Origin: Ostrea edulis
Taxonomy: Eukaryota
Assembly: GCF_947568905.1 (NCBI RefSeq)
Contig: NC_079165.1
Coordinates: 21,452,001-21,516,000 of the forward strand
Length of the DNA stretch: 64,000 nucleotides
Direction of reading: 5' to 3'
Below the pieces are notes generated by a model. The model made no database searches. It saw nothing but the letters and a program-made list of their open reading frames with translations, and was not told the DNA's origin. This document shows positions 1-14,875 of the stretch, piece after piece; the first letter of the stretch is position 1, and the number at the start of each line of letters is the position of its first letter. The position numbers and the translations under genes were made by a program.

Positions 1-2250
1 GTTTCTATACATTAGGAGTTTTATCTGATTCTGGTTGTATTTTTGCTGGTTTCTATACATTTGGAGTTTTATCTGATTCTGGTTGTATTTTTGCTGGTTT
101 CTATGTTATGAGTTTTATCTAATTCTGGTTGTATTTTTGCTGGTTTCTATACATTAGGAGTTTTATCTGATTCTGGTTGTATTTTTGCTGGTTTCTATGT
201 TAGGAGTTTTATCTGATTCTAGTTGTCTTTTTGCTGGTTTCTATATATTACGAGTTTTATCTGATTCTGGTTGTATTTTTGCTGGTTTCTATACATTAGG
301 AGTTTTATCTGATTCTGGTTGTATTTTTGCTGGTTTCTATACATTAAGAGTTTTATCTGATTCTGGTTGTATTTTTGCTGGTTTCTATGTTATGAGTTTT
401 ATCTGATTCTGGTTGTATTTTTGCTGGTTTCTATGTTAGGAGTTTTATCTGATTCTGGTTGTATTTTTGCTGGTTTCTATGTTAGGAGTTTTATCTGATT
501 CTGGTTGTATTTTTGCTGGTTTCTATACATTAAGAGTTTTATCTGATTCTGGTTGTCTTTTTGCTGGTTTCTATACATTAAGAGTTTTATCTGATTCTGG
601 TTGTATTTTTGCTGGTTTCTATACATTAGTAGTTTTATCTGATTCTGGTTGTATTTTTGCTGGTTTCTATACATTAGGAGTTTTATCTGACTGGTTGTAT
701 TTTTGCTGATTTCTATACATTAAGAGTTTTATCTGATTCTGGTTGTATTTTTGCTGGTTTCTATACATTAGGAGTTTTATCTGATTCTGGTTGTATTTTT
801 GCTGGTTTCTATATTAGGAGTTTTATCTGATTCTGGTTGTATTTTTGCTGGTTTCTATACATTTGGAGTTTTATCTGACTGGTTGTATTTTTGCTGGTTT
901 CTATACATTTGGAGTTTTATCTGACTGGTTGTATTTTTGCTGGTTTCTATACATTAGTTTTATCTGATTCTGGTTGTATTTTTGCTGGTTTCTATACATT
1001 AGGAGTTTTATCTGATTCTGGTTGTATTTTTGCTGGTTTCTATGTTATGAGTTTTATCTGATTCTGGTTGTATTTTTGCTGGTTTCTATGTTAGGAGTTT
1101 TATCTGATTCTGGTTGTATTTTTGCTGGTTTCTATACATTAAGAGTTTTATCTGATTCTGGTTGTATTTTTGCTGGTTTCTATACATTAAGAGTTTTATC
1201 TGATTCTGGTTGTATTTTTGCTGGTTTCTATACATTAAGAGTTTTATCTGATTCTGGTTGTATTTTTGCTGGTTTCTATACATTAGTAGTTTTATCTGAT
1301 TCTGGTTGTATTTTTGCTGGTTTCTATACATTAGGAGTTTTATCTGACTGGTTGTATTTTTGCTGATTTCTATACATTAAGAGTTTTATCTGATTCTGGT
1401 TGTATTTTTGCTGGTTTCTATACATTAGGAGTTTTATCTGATTCTGGTTGTATTTTTGCTGGTTTCTATACATTAGGAGTTTTATCTGATTCTGGTTGTA
1501 TTTTTGCTGGTTTCTATATTAGGAGTTTTATCTGATTCTGGTTGTATTTTTGCTGGTTTCTATACATTAAGAGTTTTATCTGATTCTGGTTGTATTTTTG
1601 CTGGTTTCTATATTTATTAGGAGTTTTATCTGATTCTGGTTGTATTTTTGCTGGTTTCTATACATTTGGAGTTTTATCTGACTGGTTGTATTTTTGCTGG
1701 TTTCTATACATTTGGAGTTTTATCTGATTCTGGTTGTATTTTTGCTGGTTTCTATACAAGGAGTTTTATCTGATTCTGGTTGTATTTTTGCTGATTTCTA
1801 TACATTAAGAGTTTTATCTGATTCTGGTTGTATTTTTGCTGGTTTCTATACATTAGTTTTATCTGATTCTGGTTGTATATTTGCTGGTTTCTATACATTA
1901 GGAGTTTTATCTGATTCTGGTTGTATTTTTGCTGGTTTCTATACATTTGGAGTTTTATCTGACTGGTTGTATTTTTGCTGGTTTCTATACATTAGTTTTA
2001 TCTGATTCTGGTTGTATTTTTGCTGGTTTCTATACATTAGGCGTTTTATCTGATTCTGGTTGTATTTTTGCTGGTTTCTATGTTATGAGTTTTATCTGAT
2101 TCTGGTTGTATTTTTGCTGGTTTCTATGTTATGAGTTTTATCTGATTCTGGTTGTATTTTTGCTGGTTTCTATGTTAGGAGTTTTATCTGATTCTGGTTG
2201 TATTTTTGCTGGTTTCTATACATTAGGAGTTTTATCTGATTCTGGTTGTA
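1..2250. repeat. 48-bp minisatellite array (about 46 copies, with 45-47-bp variants), continuing off the left edge
   Basis: Unit GGAGTTTTATCTGATTCTGGTTGTATTTTTGCTGGTTTCTATACATTA; produces the 16-aa periodic ORFs in the track. Confidence 0.97.
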
Positions 2251-2446
2251 TCTTTACTGGTTTCTATACACTAGGAGTTCTATCTGTTTTTACAGTAATT
2301 ACCAAAGTATTTACAGGTTTGGATTCTGTTTGTCCATTGCTTCCAATAGTAACGGTGTCAGCAGTGGTTTCACTATTCATCTTTATACCTGAAAATATTC
2401 AAAATTGACAAAAATATCACAAAATTTCCATGTGGTATACCCATTT

Positions 2447-2507
2447 AATATATATATATATATGTGTGTGTGTGTCTGTGTGTGTGTATATATATCTATA
2501 TATATAT
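2447..2507. repeat. Compound (TA)n/(TG)n microsatellite
   Basis: Read directly. Confidence 0.9.
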
Positions 2508-2974
2508 ATTTAATCATAGGAGCAGCTCCATAGGCATACTTAGAGGTACATAACATATTAATAATTAAATATTTTGGTTTCCAAACTAACCTGCCTGATG
2601 TATGATGGTGATTTATAATAGCTTTAGCAACGTAAAATATTTCATTTCATCACATGTATAAGAAAGGAATATCAGAAGTCAAAATTTTCAGTTTAATCTT
2701 GACCAACTCAACTCTTGGACATTTTGAGTTGACCCTTGTTCGTATTATAATGTATGCATTGTGCATGCCTTCTTCACACGTGGTCGAAAAGAAAACAATG
2801 ACATCCGAATGTTTTACTATGTTCATCGACTGCAGATATATAAAGGACCTATATATAGCATGCATAAAACACTAAAGATTATAGATATGCACAATTGCTG
2901 GGAAAATAGCACGACGTGGTATGCTAATAAGACAGTCACATGATCAGTACTCCACTCATTTCAGAAAGAAAGTG

Positions 2975-2975
<1 letters not shown>

Positions 2976-3011
<36 letters not shown>

Positions 3012-3779
3012 TCACCTTGGCCCATATCTGAAGACTTTCAATATATATTTGCATGTAAAACCTTAGTCCCTATTATGGCCCAAACTACCCTTTGCAAACT
3101 TGAATCTACACTATGTCAGAAAGCTTTCATGTATATGTCAACTTCTTTGGCCCAATGGTTCTTGAGAAGAAGATGTTTAAAGCATTTTCCTATATTTGTA
3201 TGTAAAACTTTGACCCCCCCCCCACTTGTGGCCCCATCCTACCCCCGGGGGCCATGATTTGAACAAACTTGAATCTGCACTATGTCAGAAAGTTTTCTTG
3301 TAAATATCAGCTTTTCTGACTCAGTGGTTATTGAGAAAAAGATTTTTCCTATATATTTGTATGTAAAACTTTGATCCCCCTTGTGGCCCCATCCAACCCC
3401 AGGATCCCATGATTTGAACAAACTTGAATCTGCATTATGTCAGGAAGCTTTCATGTAAATCTCAGCTTTTCTGGCTTAGTGGTTCTTGAGAAGAAGATTT
3501 TTAAAGTTTTTCCCTATATATTTGTATGTAAAACTTTGATCCCCCTTGTGGCCCCATCCAACCCCAGGATCCCATGATTTGAACAAACTTGTATCTGCAA
3601 TATGTAAGGAAGCTTTCAGGTAAATTTCAGCTCTTCTGGCCCAGTGGTTCTTGAGAAGAAGATTTTTAAATGACGCCACCCTATTTTTGCATTTTTGTGA
3701 TTATCTCCCCTTTGAAAGGGACATGGCCCTTCATTTAAACAAACTTGAAAGCCCTTCACCCAAGGATGCTTTTGGCCAT

Positions 3780-3817
<38 letters not shown>

Positions 3818-3910
3818 TCGAAAATGTGAAAAGTTTAACAGACAGACGACGGACAATTTTAAAGCGATCAGAAAAGCTCACTTGAACCTTCGGTTCAGGT
3901 GAGCTAAAAA
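2976..3910 (+). mobile_element. Non-autonomous Helentron/HINE-type element carrying about 167-bp Cg170-like tandem core repeats
   Basis: 5' AAACAAGAGGCCC..GCTCACCTGA subterminal repeat; internal repeats (gaacaaacttgaatctgca...ggccccatcc); ACAG/ACGG microsatellite at about 3838; 3' hairpin GCTCACTTGAACCTTCGGTTCAGGTGAGCTAAAAA. Confidence 0.8.
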
Positions 3911-4611
3911 TACAGGCTGTATTTTGAAAGTAACCATATTTTTATTTATTTATATCTCTACAACCTTAGTTTTTGTATGCAATACTTAATAGATTTTTTT
4001 TTGTTTCGTTTTATTCATCAGCTACTGTAGTTTTGATATCTTTATCAAAATGTAACACAAAAGTTGGAGTATATTCTGTAATCCATAGAAACCTTAGTCT
4101 ATATCTAGAGAATATCAAACTACTGAAATATACTGAAACCTTAGTCTATATCTAGAGAATATCAAACTACTGAAATATACTGAAACCTTAGTCTATATCT
4201 AGAGAATATCAAACTACTGAAATATAATTCAATTTTCACATGGCTTAATTTCTGTTCATTCAAGGTTAGGATATATCCACAAATTATAAGTACCTCCACA
4301 AACAAGATAATCACTATAACTTCATATCATCCATCACAAAAAAGAGATCTGTTTAAAAAGATTAATTCATATCTGACAACTATGATCCAGTGCAAGATTG
4401 CATGTCTGCATGAACCTATATATGTAACATATCGCAGGGCGATATTATCTGCAATTAAACTATAATGTCTAAATGTTACATGCCTGTCCTTATACTGCTA
4501 TGAAATCATAGTGATTATTTTTAGTGACATTCTAATTACTACATTCATATTGTGTGAAAAAGCCATCAACTTCAATGTTATATTTAAAAAATTAGCAAGG
4601 TTAAAGTTTCA

Positions 4612-4664
<53 letters not shown>

Positions 4665-7600
4665 AGGCATAAAAAGAAAAGGGGATTTATTAAGCACTAA
4701 TATATGCCCTAACCTTCCGAGTTCAACTGTGGCAAATTTGCCTTTGCCATCAATATCAGCCTCATAACTTTAACCATGAACTTTCAATTTATTATATGTA
4801 GGAAGTATTTCTCATGCATATTCAAAAGGTATTGATTTATGCAAAAAGACAAACAGACCAAAAACAATATATCCCCCACCCACCAAAGTTTTATCTCATT
4901 GGGTATAAAATGACATCAAAATATTTTTTCTGAAAGTTTAGACAATCTAGATGTATTCTACTTGTGTTAAAAATTTAAATCCCACCTTTACTATTCACTG
5001 ACAGGGTTGGGGTTAGGGTTAGGACACACATTATCTGATCAGATGGTGAAAAAAATATTTGATGATATTTTCATTTTTGATGATGTTTTTCATAAAATCA
5101 TGTTTACAGAGATAATTTTGAAGCATAATATATTATAAATAAAAATTAATTCTTAGAATGTCAGCAGATCTTGACCCTCATCAACAATGACCAACAGAGG
5201 ATGCCCCAAAACATTACGTAAGTCTCAATATGTAAACTTCAGATGAACTTTGCTTAGTTTCAATCACATGTCCAGTATCCACTGGAATCAACGAAACAAC
5301 ATTATATCTAAACTAGAAGTATAAACTTCGTTGTAATGAGGAAAAAAATTATAAAGACCATGTATGATTTGTATACAATGCATTAAATTCAAAATTCAGT
5401 TGACCCCAAAAATATTAAATGTTGATCTGAAAGGTGATGAATTCTTTTGACGATTCATGAAATTGAATACATATGACTACATATTGACGCAATACTATAT
5501 CTATAACTGTTGCCTTATTACATAATCCTACACTTAATAAAGGGAAATGCATGGTAAACCAAATATCATACACCTGTATCAAAATATATAGACAAAACAA
5601 AATGTCATTATAAGGTATCTAATGACCAAAATAAACCTTTGTGTCATAAAGCAAGCCTGCACACATATACAAGATGGCATGGGGCATGGCACTGCAGGGC
5701 TCTAACTGGACCTGGTCCACAAATTCAGTGGCCAAAGACAAAAGAGCTGACAACCACATCCAACAATAAAACCTCCATCTACTGTATTTTCATTTCTCTG
5801 TTTGGTCCTATATAGTGTCCACCTTGGTCATTTCTGTTGAATTATCAAAGGACAAAACCGCAGGATTTAGTTACGTTTTTAATTTTTGTGCTACGAGCTG
5901 ATTAAATATTACTAAGAAAGTTAAGCATAAAGAACAGGTGTCCTAATGGGCTCCGAGACTTAGTGATTTATATAGAACGCAGCCAATAAAATTATTCACA
6001 AGAATTAAAAAAGATCGAGGTCTCTCTCCTTCAGTATATTAGCGCCCTCGGCTAAATTCCGATACATTTTTTCCCAAATCACTTCGTAACAAGGAACATA
6101 TTGTTGCGGAATGACACGCAAGATTATAATGCATAAACAATGACCATATATAATGACCAATTATTCATCGCCGCGTCTTTAAACGTCAAGTTACGTTTGC
6201 GTGCGAATCATTAAAATGGATGTTAATACTTAATTATGCATACAAAGCGTACTGATTTGCAAATGTGAAAACGTGAGAGAAAAGTTTCAAGTGATTTAGT
6301 TAACGAAGGCTTCGAAAATTTGTTTTAAAACTTACTATTGTAACATGTTTTCTGTTTTAAAAAAGGTTTGAAATATGAGGCATTTCTGATGAATTTAAAA
6401 GAATAACGTATGATAGTAAACTTTAGAAAATTTCATCACAGAAAATTCAATTTTGTTCTGCTCGCAAATCTGTTATAAAGTTTTATCTACTCGATTACAA
6501 ACATCACCAGCAAAAGATATCACATGACATATTATATCCATCAGTTAAGGTTGTAAACCTCAATAATGCAAAACTGAAATTTGGGACAAATCATTCACAC
6601 TAATGCACAAATTTACATGGGTGGTTCATATGACAAATAAATTCTATTTCTTTCATTTTAGAATTCATTCATACAACAGAGACTATCCTCTGTATCCTTC
6701 ACTTTGTAGATAAGGGCATTATCCTCCACTCTCTCCTCTCTGATCACCAAACAAGACAAGCAGGCCAATGTAATTTGCTATAGTATACAAAATAAACTTC
6801 CTTAATATGTTTGTCATCAGCAATTATTCAAAAAGATGGAAATGTTAAAGACAACTTTTTAGCACAGTTAAAAACAACAACAAAAACCCCCCACAAGAAA
6901 TGGAAAATTAAATGTTATATAGATACATGCAACATTTTGAAATTCATCAATTTAATAAAATACATTTAAAATCATGTATTAATGTCCTGCATTGGTAATT
7001 TCTTTGGCATTTATAAGACATTGCAAAGTGCCCTAATAGAACCATGGATATGTTATAAGTAAACCTTGTCAATTTTAGATACTTTAAGGTAGCTCCATGT
7101 ATGCACCCTCATGTGACTTATCAATATCAATGGTTCAAAGTAGAAAAACTATATTGATTTGTACGTGATAGTTTAATCTAATTAATAATCAAAGAAAACA
7201 TATATGTTACCACCTTTTTAAAGCTGTCAGACATACAAAAACAGAAGTATATGTTGACATTAGAAAATTGCAAATTTTCATGAAACAGCATAATAAAAAT
7301 ACACATAAAACTGGTTAAAATGACAACATTTTAATAAGAGTTTCAAAAACTGCTTCTTTTTTAATATAGATATATTAATTGTGGATATTAGGGAAATTAT
7401 TGCAAAATAAACATACAATAAAGAAAATACCAGCATAAAGAGTTATTGCCCTTGATAACACTTTTTTATAATAGATAATTGATTAATTATAGGAAAAAAA
7501 TAAACTTCTTAGAATCGAATAGTTTACCAGATTTTTTTTTTTTTTATTATACCCAGCGAATAAAATCCCCCTGAAGGATATATTCCTAAGATGCACAAAG

Positions 7601-10600
7601 TTTAATCAAATAAACCTAAAAACCTATGACATCAAAAGAGGGTGGAGCTACCTTAAGAGTCAATAGTTAAATTAAGACCCATGCACTCCCTCTTAGCAAT
7701 AACCTAAAGCTGCAGATGTTAATTGCTGTTAATTTGCTGTACATGTAGATACCCTGGAATATACAAGGACTGGGAGAATGAGGTAATCCTCGAAGTCTCT
7801 TTATTAAAATCAATTTTGCATATTAAGCATGAACACCAAGATCATGTCAGCTAGTCCACAACATAAAAACAAAGGGTTCTCCTTTAAATTCTTTTCAGCT
7901 GAAAAAAATGGTTGCCATCAATTCTCATTTCTGTGAGTGGTTCCTTTTGGAAAGTCTCCTCAATCAGATTTAAATTGTTGCATCAGCAGTCTTACGTCTA
8001 TATTTAGTTGAATATTTCTATGATGGTCATTCATGTACTTTTTGTTGAATATTCTTCCCTAGGGTTAGATTTTTAGACTTGCTATATCTGAAGGGGGTTT
8101 ACTTACGATGTCCAATGTAATGCTAAAACATTAAGACTTAACAAACACACTTCCATTACATGTGTAATGTCGACCAACTCCCTTAATACAGAGCTTCTAA
8201 AAGATTTACATCCAACTGCACGTGATCTGCACTTCAAATATCACAAATGACTTTTAGCAGTTATGATTGGACCATCAAGACTGAGCAGACTGTTGGATAT
8301 ACTAAGTGACACCCACTAATAACCATTCTGTATGTTAACATTTCCTAATTTCTATGTTTTTCTCCTTTTTTTCCTTCAAATATATCTGTAGTGGGCCGGT
8401 ACTACAGTGTAATATTTGTAAATTCATTCCATTTAGTCATCAAAGAAAATTGTCCTCTTTCAGACAGAATTTAAAAAATTTCAAGGTACAGCAATTATGT
8501 ATGTTCCCTATAAACCTATGAAAGTTTTTAATTTCCCTAAGACGATATCCCTAGATTATACTGAAGCAGGAAATAAATTGGACACATATGACCATAACTA
8601 TATGCTGTTCAATGATCAAAGTTTTCATTGATACAGACAGAAACACCAACCTGATAAAATTTTAAACATAATATTTGTATTCTACATTTCATCACCAAGA
8701 CCTATAGTCCCAATAATGTCTTTGCAATAAGTATAATAACTTTAAACTAAAACTGTACATCTTTTCATAAGTTGACAAAAAACAAATAACTGTCCTTTGA
8801 ATCTGCTGACATTTTCTAATAACATACACTGCTTTAATAATTACTGCAGCTATACCCCCTCATTTAATATATACTCAATGTAATTCTACTGAAAATCCTC
8901 AAAATTAATATTCATTTTATTATAATCCTAATCAAATTAAAATAGCACCTATATATACTTACTGAATAATTTTCTTCGCATGCCTTGCACAGAAGACAGG
9001 AAAAATGTTCTATCAGAAAAAATCCCTCTGAAGATAATTTTCTGCAAAGTTCCCCAAACATTCAGGTCTACTGGATAATTTTTGTCTTTTTTTTTTTCAA
9101 ATCATAAGCTTGATAAAAATGATTGCCACCTAAAGGGGAGTTATGCATGATAATGAATTTTGGCTGAGAATACTGTGCCCTTCGCTGCTCAGTGTACTTT
9201 TCATGTCATTTACATAAATGAATAATAATGTGGTCGTAAACCATGTAGCCGTGTCATAACATGTACATATCCTGAAGTCGATATCAGTCGACAAACTTCA
9301 CTAAACTTGACAAAAGTTCTTGTCTCCCGTGGATTTTATTTTATTCAAATCAAAAGTCAAGGAGAATTTAAATTTTGATTGGATGGATATGAAATCCCCG
9401 GAGATGTGATTTAATTCAAATGTATAAATTTCAGGAGCTGGTTCATAAATAATTTATTACAGTAAGAAGTAGATGCTTGTTTAGAAAATTAAACCAGAAT
9501 CTTTATTTATATGAATAACTTAATCACAGGTTCTCTTCTGATAGTTTGTACAGTATAATAATAAAGGTAGTCGCCATGTACATTGCAAACAAGCACATGT
9601 AGTATGCCATTAAATGTACTACTTATCTATAATTACTAGATGTTCAGTTCCCCTATCCAGAAATGCATACATATACATAGTATACATGGTATATATTGAT
9701 AAACAATATTGATATTTTATTAAATATGTAGTGTTACCTCAGCCAAATTAACTCTCAATTTATAAACAGTAATACAATTTACAAATATCTACTTTAATTT
9801 ACCATACATCATTTACATACATGTATAATTACAAATTATCTGGGCATTCAAATTTCTTTCTTTTTTAATAAACATAATCAAATGTCTTTGAAAAATGTAC
9901 TAGTCCATCACTGACGTACCAGCTAGTGCACTGCTGATGTACAAAAGCACCACTAACAGTACTGTACCTACATGTGCATAGCAAAATGTGGCAGTGCACT
10001 GCTAAATAATGTACCAGAACACTGCTAATCATGTACCAAAGCAAGTGTATTACTGATGTAGTAGCTATGATATATGTGGTGGAACACTTAAAGTAACTTT
10101 ATAATGCCTAAAACTTGATGGGAGGACTGAGCTACAATCAAAACTGCAAGTCCAATGACCTTGGCCGTATTCATATGACTTTCAATCACCATCAATACAA
10201 AGAAGTCTTCGTGTTGTGTATAAGTCTCTAATACATTGTATGCTTCTCCATATACATCACCCAGGCACAATTCTGACAGATTTCTGTATCAACCACAACT
10301 GTCATACATGTATTACTGTGTATTATTGTGTACAACATGCATAGGATTACATGCACACTGACTTAAACATGGGTCACATGTGAAATGCATAAACATTTTA
10401 TAATGGTGACATTTGAGGATGTGCACAAAATATCTTCTAATTTCGTATTCATGAAAAAAATTCATAATATAATGAATATGACATAATGTACTTTAAAGAC
10501 ATCCTTATGCCTCTGTCAGTATAGAACAGAAATCTGAAAAATGACCTAGCTAGTTGAACATATAATCTACATGTACCGTAACCAGAAAGTCAAAAAACTT

Positions 10601-10685
10601 GATATGTTCTTTCATTCAATTGTGGTTACTGTGTAAACCTGCCCAAGTGCTCTTTACAATTTTTTTTATGCACAATAACTTCAAA

Positions 10686-11810
10686 ATCTGGATCTGCATT
10701 GCAAACTTTACAGTCTGGATCTAATTACAATCTTTACAGTCTGGATCTGATCACAAACTTTACAGTCTGGATCTGATCACATAATTAACAGTCTGGATCT
10801 GATTACAAACTTTACAGTCTGGATCTAATTACAATCTTTACTGTCTGGATCTGATCACAATCTTTACAGTCTGGATCTGATCACAACTTTACTGTCTGGA
10901 TCTGATCACATAATTTACAGTCTGGATCTGAATATAAACTTTACTGTCTGGATCTGATTACAAACTCTACAGTCTGGATCTGATTACATACTTTACAGTC
11001 TGGATCTGATCACAACTTTACTGTCTGGATCTGATCACATACTTTAAAGTCTGGATCTGAATACAAACTTTACAGTCTGGATCTGATCACAAACTTTACA
11101 ACCTGGATCTGATCACAAACTTTACAGTCTGGATCTGATTACAAACTTTACAGTCTGGATCTGATCACAAACTTTACAGTCTGGATCTGATTACAAACTT
11201 TACTGTCTGGATCTGCATCACAAACTTTACAACCTGGATTTGCATTACAAACTTTACAACCTGGATTTGCATTACAAACTTTACAGTCTGGATTTGATTA
11301 CAAACTCTACAGTCTGGATCTGATTACAAACTTTACAGTTTGGATCTGTATCACAAACTTTAGTCTCAATATGATCACAGACATTACAATCTAAATTTGA
11401 TCAGAAACTTTACATCTGGGTTTGATCAGAAACTTTACATCTGGGTTTGATCAGAAACTTTACAAACTGGATCTGATCATAGACTTTACAATCTGGATCT
11501 GATCAGAGATTTCACAATTTGAGTCTGCAGATCACGAGCCTTTCAATCTTGGTCTGATTACATTTCCTTACTATCTGGGTCTGATCATGCAGAGACTTAA
11601 ATCTGGGTCTGATCACAAACTTTACAATCTCTGTCTGATCAGAATCTTTACAATCTGGATATGAGCATACTATTATAGACTTTACAATCTGGATTACAAT
11701 TTGGATATGATCATAGACTTCACAATCTGAGTATGATCACAAACCTTACAATTTTGGTCTGATCAGACTTTACAACATGGGCTTGATCATAGACCTTACA
11801 ACCTGAATTT
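10686..11810. repeat. 26-bp minisatellite (TTTACAGTCTGGATCTGATCACAAAC), about 40 copies decaying rightwards
   Basis: Period 26 (ctggatctga at 10741 and 10767). Confidence 0.93.
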
Positions 11811-12249
11811 GAATTTCAGAATTAAAAGGACCAATGAACAATGAATCTATATGGGCCCAGTTCCCAGGCAGTGAAGGCCCAAGAGTCTAAGGAAAAGAAC
11901 ATGTTTACAGCTTTTATTCCCTGTACAGGTCTATTAATGTGATTTAATCATTGTTATTGATATCATCAGCTACAGCCAAACTATCTACATCAGATCAGAG
12001 CTAACAAGACAAACCTGTCGCTAAAATCACTGATATTACAGTTTCTCTGTTCAGATTGTATAGCATTTAGATTACAGTTTGGGTAAATTGAGTTCATATT
12101 ATAATATACCATTAATCACAACCCAAAAGTATTGACAATATGAAACTGTAAAATGTCATGACAAAATCATGTCTCATAAAAAAAACACTGTACAAAATGT
12201 AACTAAAATTTTTCAATACTGATGAAAAGTGAGCTTAAAACAAATACTG

Positions 12250-12770
12250 ATGATTGATTGATTATTGTTTAACGTCCCTCTTGAGAATATTTCATTCATA
12301 TAGAGACATCACCATTGCCAAGGGGCCTCCATGGCAGAGTGGTTAGAGCATTGCGCTCAAAATCACACAGCCTCTCACCTCTGTCGGCGCGGGTTCAAAT
12401 CCCGCTCGCGCCGGTAAGTGAGAAAGTTTCCCAGTTTGAGTTTACTTTCGGACGACCGGTGGTCTCTTCCCAGGTACATTGTATCTGGGTTCTCTCTTCC
12501 ACCAATAAAAACTGGGTGCCACCAGATAACTGAAAAATTGTTGAGTGTGGCGGAAAACATCAATCAATCAATCATCATTGCCGGTGAAGGACTGCAAAAT
12601 TTAGGCCTATATGCCTGGCGGTTATAGCCTTTGAGCAGGGAGGAATCTTTATCTTGCCACATTTGCTGTGACACGGGACCTCAGTTTTTGCAGTCTCATC
12701 CGAAGGACCGCCCCATTTAGTCGCCTCTTACAACAAACAAAAGGTACTGAGGATCTATTATAATCCGCAT
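12250..12770 (-). mobile_element. Abundant oyster SINE (minus strand), split by a second SINE
   Basis: Reverse complement matches copies at 40503-40765 and 46444-46722; (TTGA)n tail at 12250. Confidence 0.8.
12320..12570 (+). mobile_element. tRNA-derived SINE nested in another SINE
   Basis: A box TGGCAGAGTGG, B box GGTTCAAATCC, (ATCA)n tail; 12-bp TSD ATCA(C/T)CATTGCC at 12308-12319 and 12571-12582. Confidence 0.8.
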
Positions 12771-14089
12771 GCTGATGAAAAGTGAGCTTGGTACAATCTT
12801 GATATATATCCATATCAAATCTAATTTCTTTTAAACATGCTCATTGGTCAATTGCAATTCATTTCAATTTATCCAATTAAAATGCAGGATAGAAATACAG
12901 TGTAATCTAGTAGACTGACATAAACCAAGAAACATAAACTTTAACTCCCCAGTATCCTCATCAACCAAAAATAATATATAGGACCCATTAAAATAACGAT
13001 AGTATTAGAGGGTTCTTCACTGTGGCTAGACATAGAACTAAATCTATTTTATAGCTTTAACATTTTGATGATCACAGTTTAAAATATCAGATCAACTAGT
13101 AGTACATAAATTTCAACCTGTAAATTTTTATTCTTAATCTTCAATCCATAAAAATACATGCAATTCATTGCTGAATGAAATGTTACAGTGAAGAAAAATG
13201 GTATTCATATCTACTCACGATTTATGCAAAATAGGTTTATTTACATATTATCTAATCTTGCTTTAATGGTCAAATGTGTCCTTGAATTAATATAAAATTT
13301 CACTAAAAGTGTTCTGTAATCTGCTTCTAAAAGCAACATGCTATTTAGGATGACAGTTTACTACGGTAATTTAAGTCACAGTGCTTGCACTTGAAATGAA
13401 CCTAACTCTCACATCCTGCGTCGAGAAATTATTAACTCTTTTCTGGTATTTTTATTTCTCTAAGATCATTTCATCAAAAGGGGTCATTAATGCAACTCCA
13501 TGAATACCAGCATGTCATAAATATTGATGAGAAATGACAATGAATAATTCTATACAATTATCCTGGTATAATGCTTATCCCACAAGTCAAACAAGATATG
13601 TGAAGTTCTACATGTACAAACATTATATTTATCCTTAAGAATAGTTTTTCTCAGGCCACTGTTCTCTCTTCATTTTTCTCCAGATATATTGATAAAACAC
13701 ACAACACATATTACTAAACTAGCAACATGCATGCAACAGGGAACATATTCATGAGTTTACACACAAAACTCAAAAAAAAAAAAAAAAAGTGCCAGAAGAA
13801 AATCAGATTACTCCGCTGCGAATGTTATTTGCATAACTACTTATGTATAAATCTACACAACAGGGCAACAGGAAGAATAAATCTTATGAATAATTCAGCA
13901 CTCTTTGTCTGGGTATAGGCAAGTTCAGATTAAGAGGCAAATTAATATTGACATTAATTTTCCATAAAAATCACAAAACAACATCACCAAAGTCCTGTTT
14001 GCATTCAGCCAGAACAATTTGGTATCCCAAACCCAAACTGGCAGTATACAATGATTATTTCTAAATTCAGTATTGAGGAGGAATAACAG

Positions 14090-14411
14090 CAGGGCTGTAA
14101 ATTAACCTTCAATTTGGAGGAGGCAGAAAATTAGGTGGGGGTCTGGGGGCCGCCCAGGCCCCCAGACGCTGAGCACATTTTGTGCACACTGAACACGTTT
14201 CGTGCAAAATCCTTGATTCTAGGGCGTTCTAAGATGTTACTTGACTAACTCATTCTAAAAGAAAGATTTGGAATGCTTTTTAAGGGAGGTATCATGTTCT
14301 TAGTTATGGGAAACAACATAAATTCTAATGAACTTTAAATTTTAATTTTTTTTGGCTCAAAAGTTGGAGGAGGCAGCTGCCTCCTCCGCCTCCATGTAAT
14401 TTACGGCCCTG
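14090..14411. mobile_element. MITE with CAGGGC(C/T)GTAAATTA TIRs and 5-bp TSD AACAG
   Basis: TIRs at both ends; near-identical inverted copy at 49755-50067. Confidence 0.85.
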
Positions 14412-14875
14412 AACAGATTGTCATGATGAAAAGAATACCTATCAAAACATGAATAAAAAAAATAAACATCAGTAAATGTAGTCTATAACCATTTAAATCT
14501 TATCATCTAACTGGTTAGCTCAGTGGGCGAACAGTGGATGACGATCTGTATATCCTGATTTCCAATCAGGTAGGGGTTTCGGGTTTTAATTTTTTTTCTT
14601 CAAATGACCTTTTTCACAAAACATACATGTAGTAAATTTCAAAAGTTTTAATTTCAAAATATCATCATGATCATTGCATATATTCTCCAGCTTTCAGCAT
14701 ATAATAGCTTTCTTTGGTGTGTTAATACTACACCTTTAATCAGGTAAACTTGAAAGTTCCTCCACACATGGTAAAAATGACAATGGGCACTCATTATAAT
14801 GGATTGCATTTTCATTTCACATTAATCTGATTGTACTGTACATGAGCTCCATCACTTCTTCCACTCTTCATTACA

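Noticed and set aside
185-2408. Periodic ORFs on both strands in the 48-bp array
   Set aside because: By-product of a unit length divisible by three; frames break at variant units; no domain signal
10088-10290. Protein-like ORF (LCLGDVYGEAYNVLETY...) as a host exon
   Set aside because: No recognisable homology, no convincing partner exons or donor site
1-11810. Possible CRISPR-like arrays (48-bp and 26-bp repeats)
   Set aside because: Head-to-tail repeats without unique spacers, eukaryotic context, no cas genes
12219-12236. CTGATGA...-type hammerhead ribozyme core (repeated at 12772)
   Set aside because: No flanking helices or GAAA partner found; more likely a duplication associated with the SINE insertion
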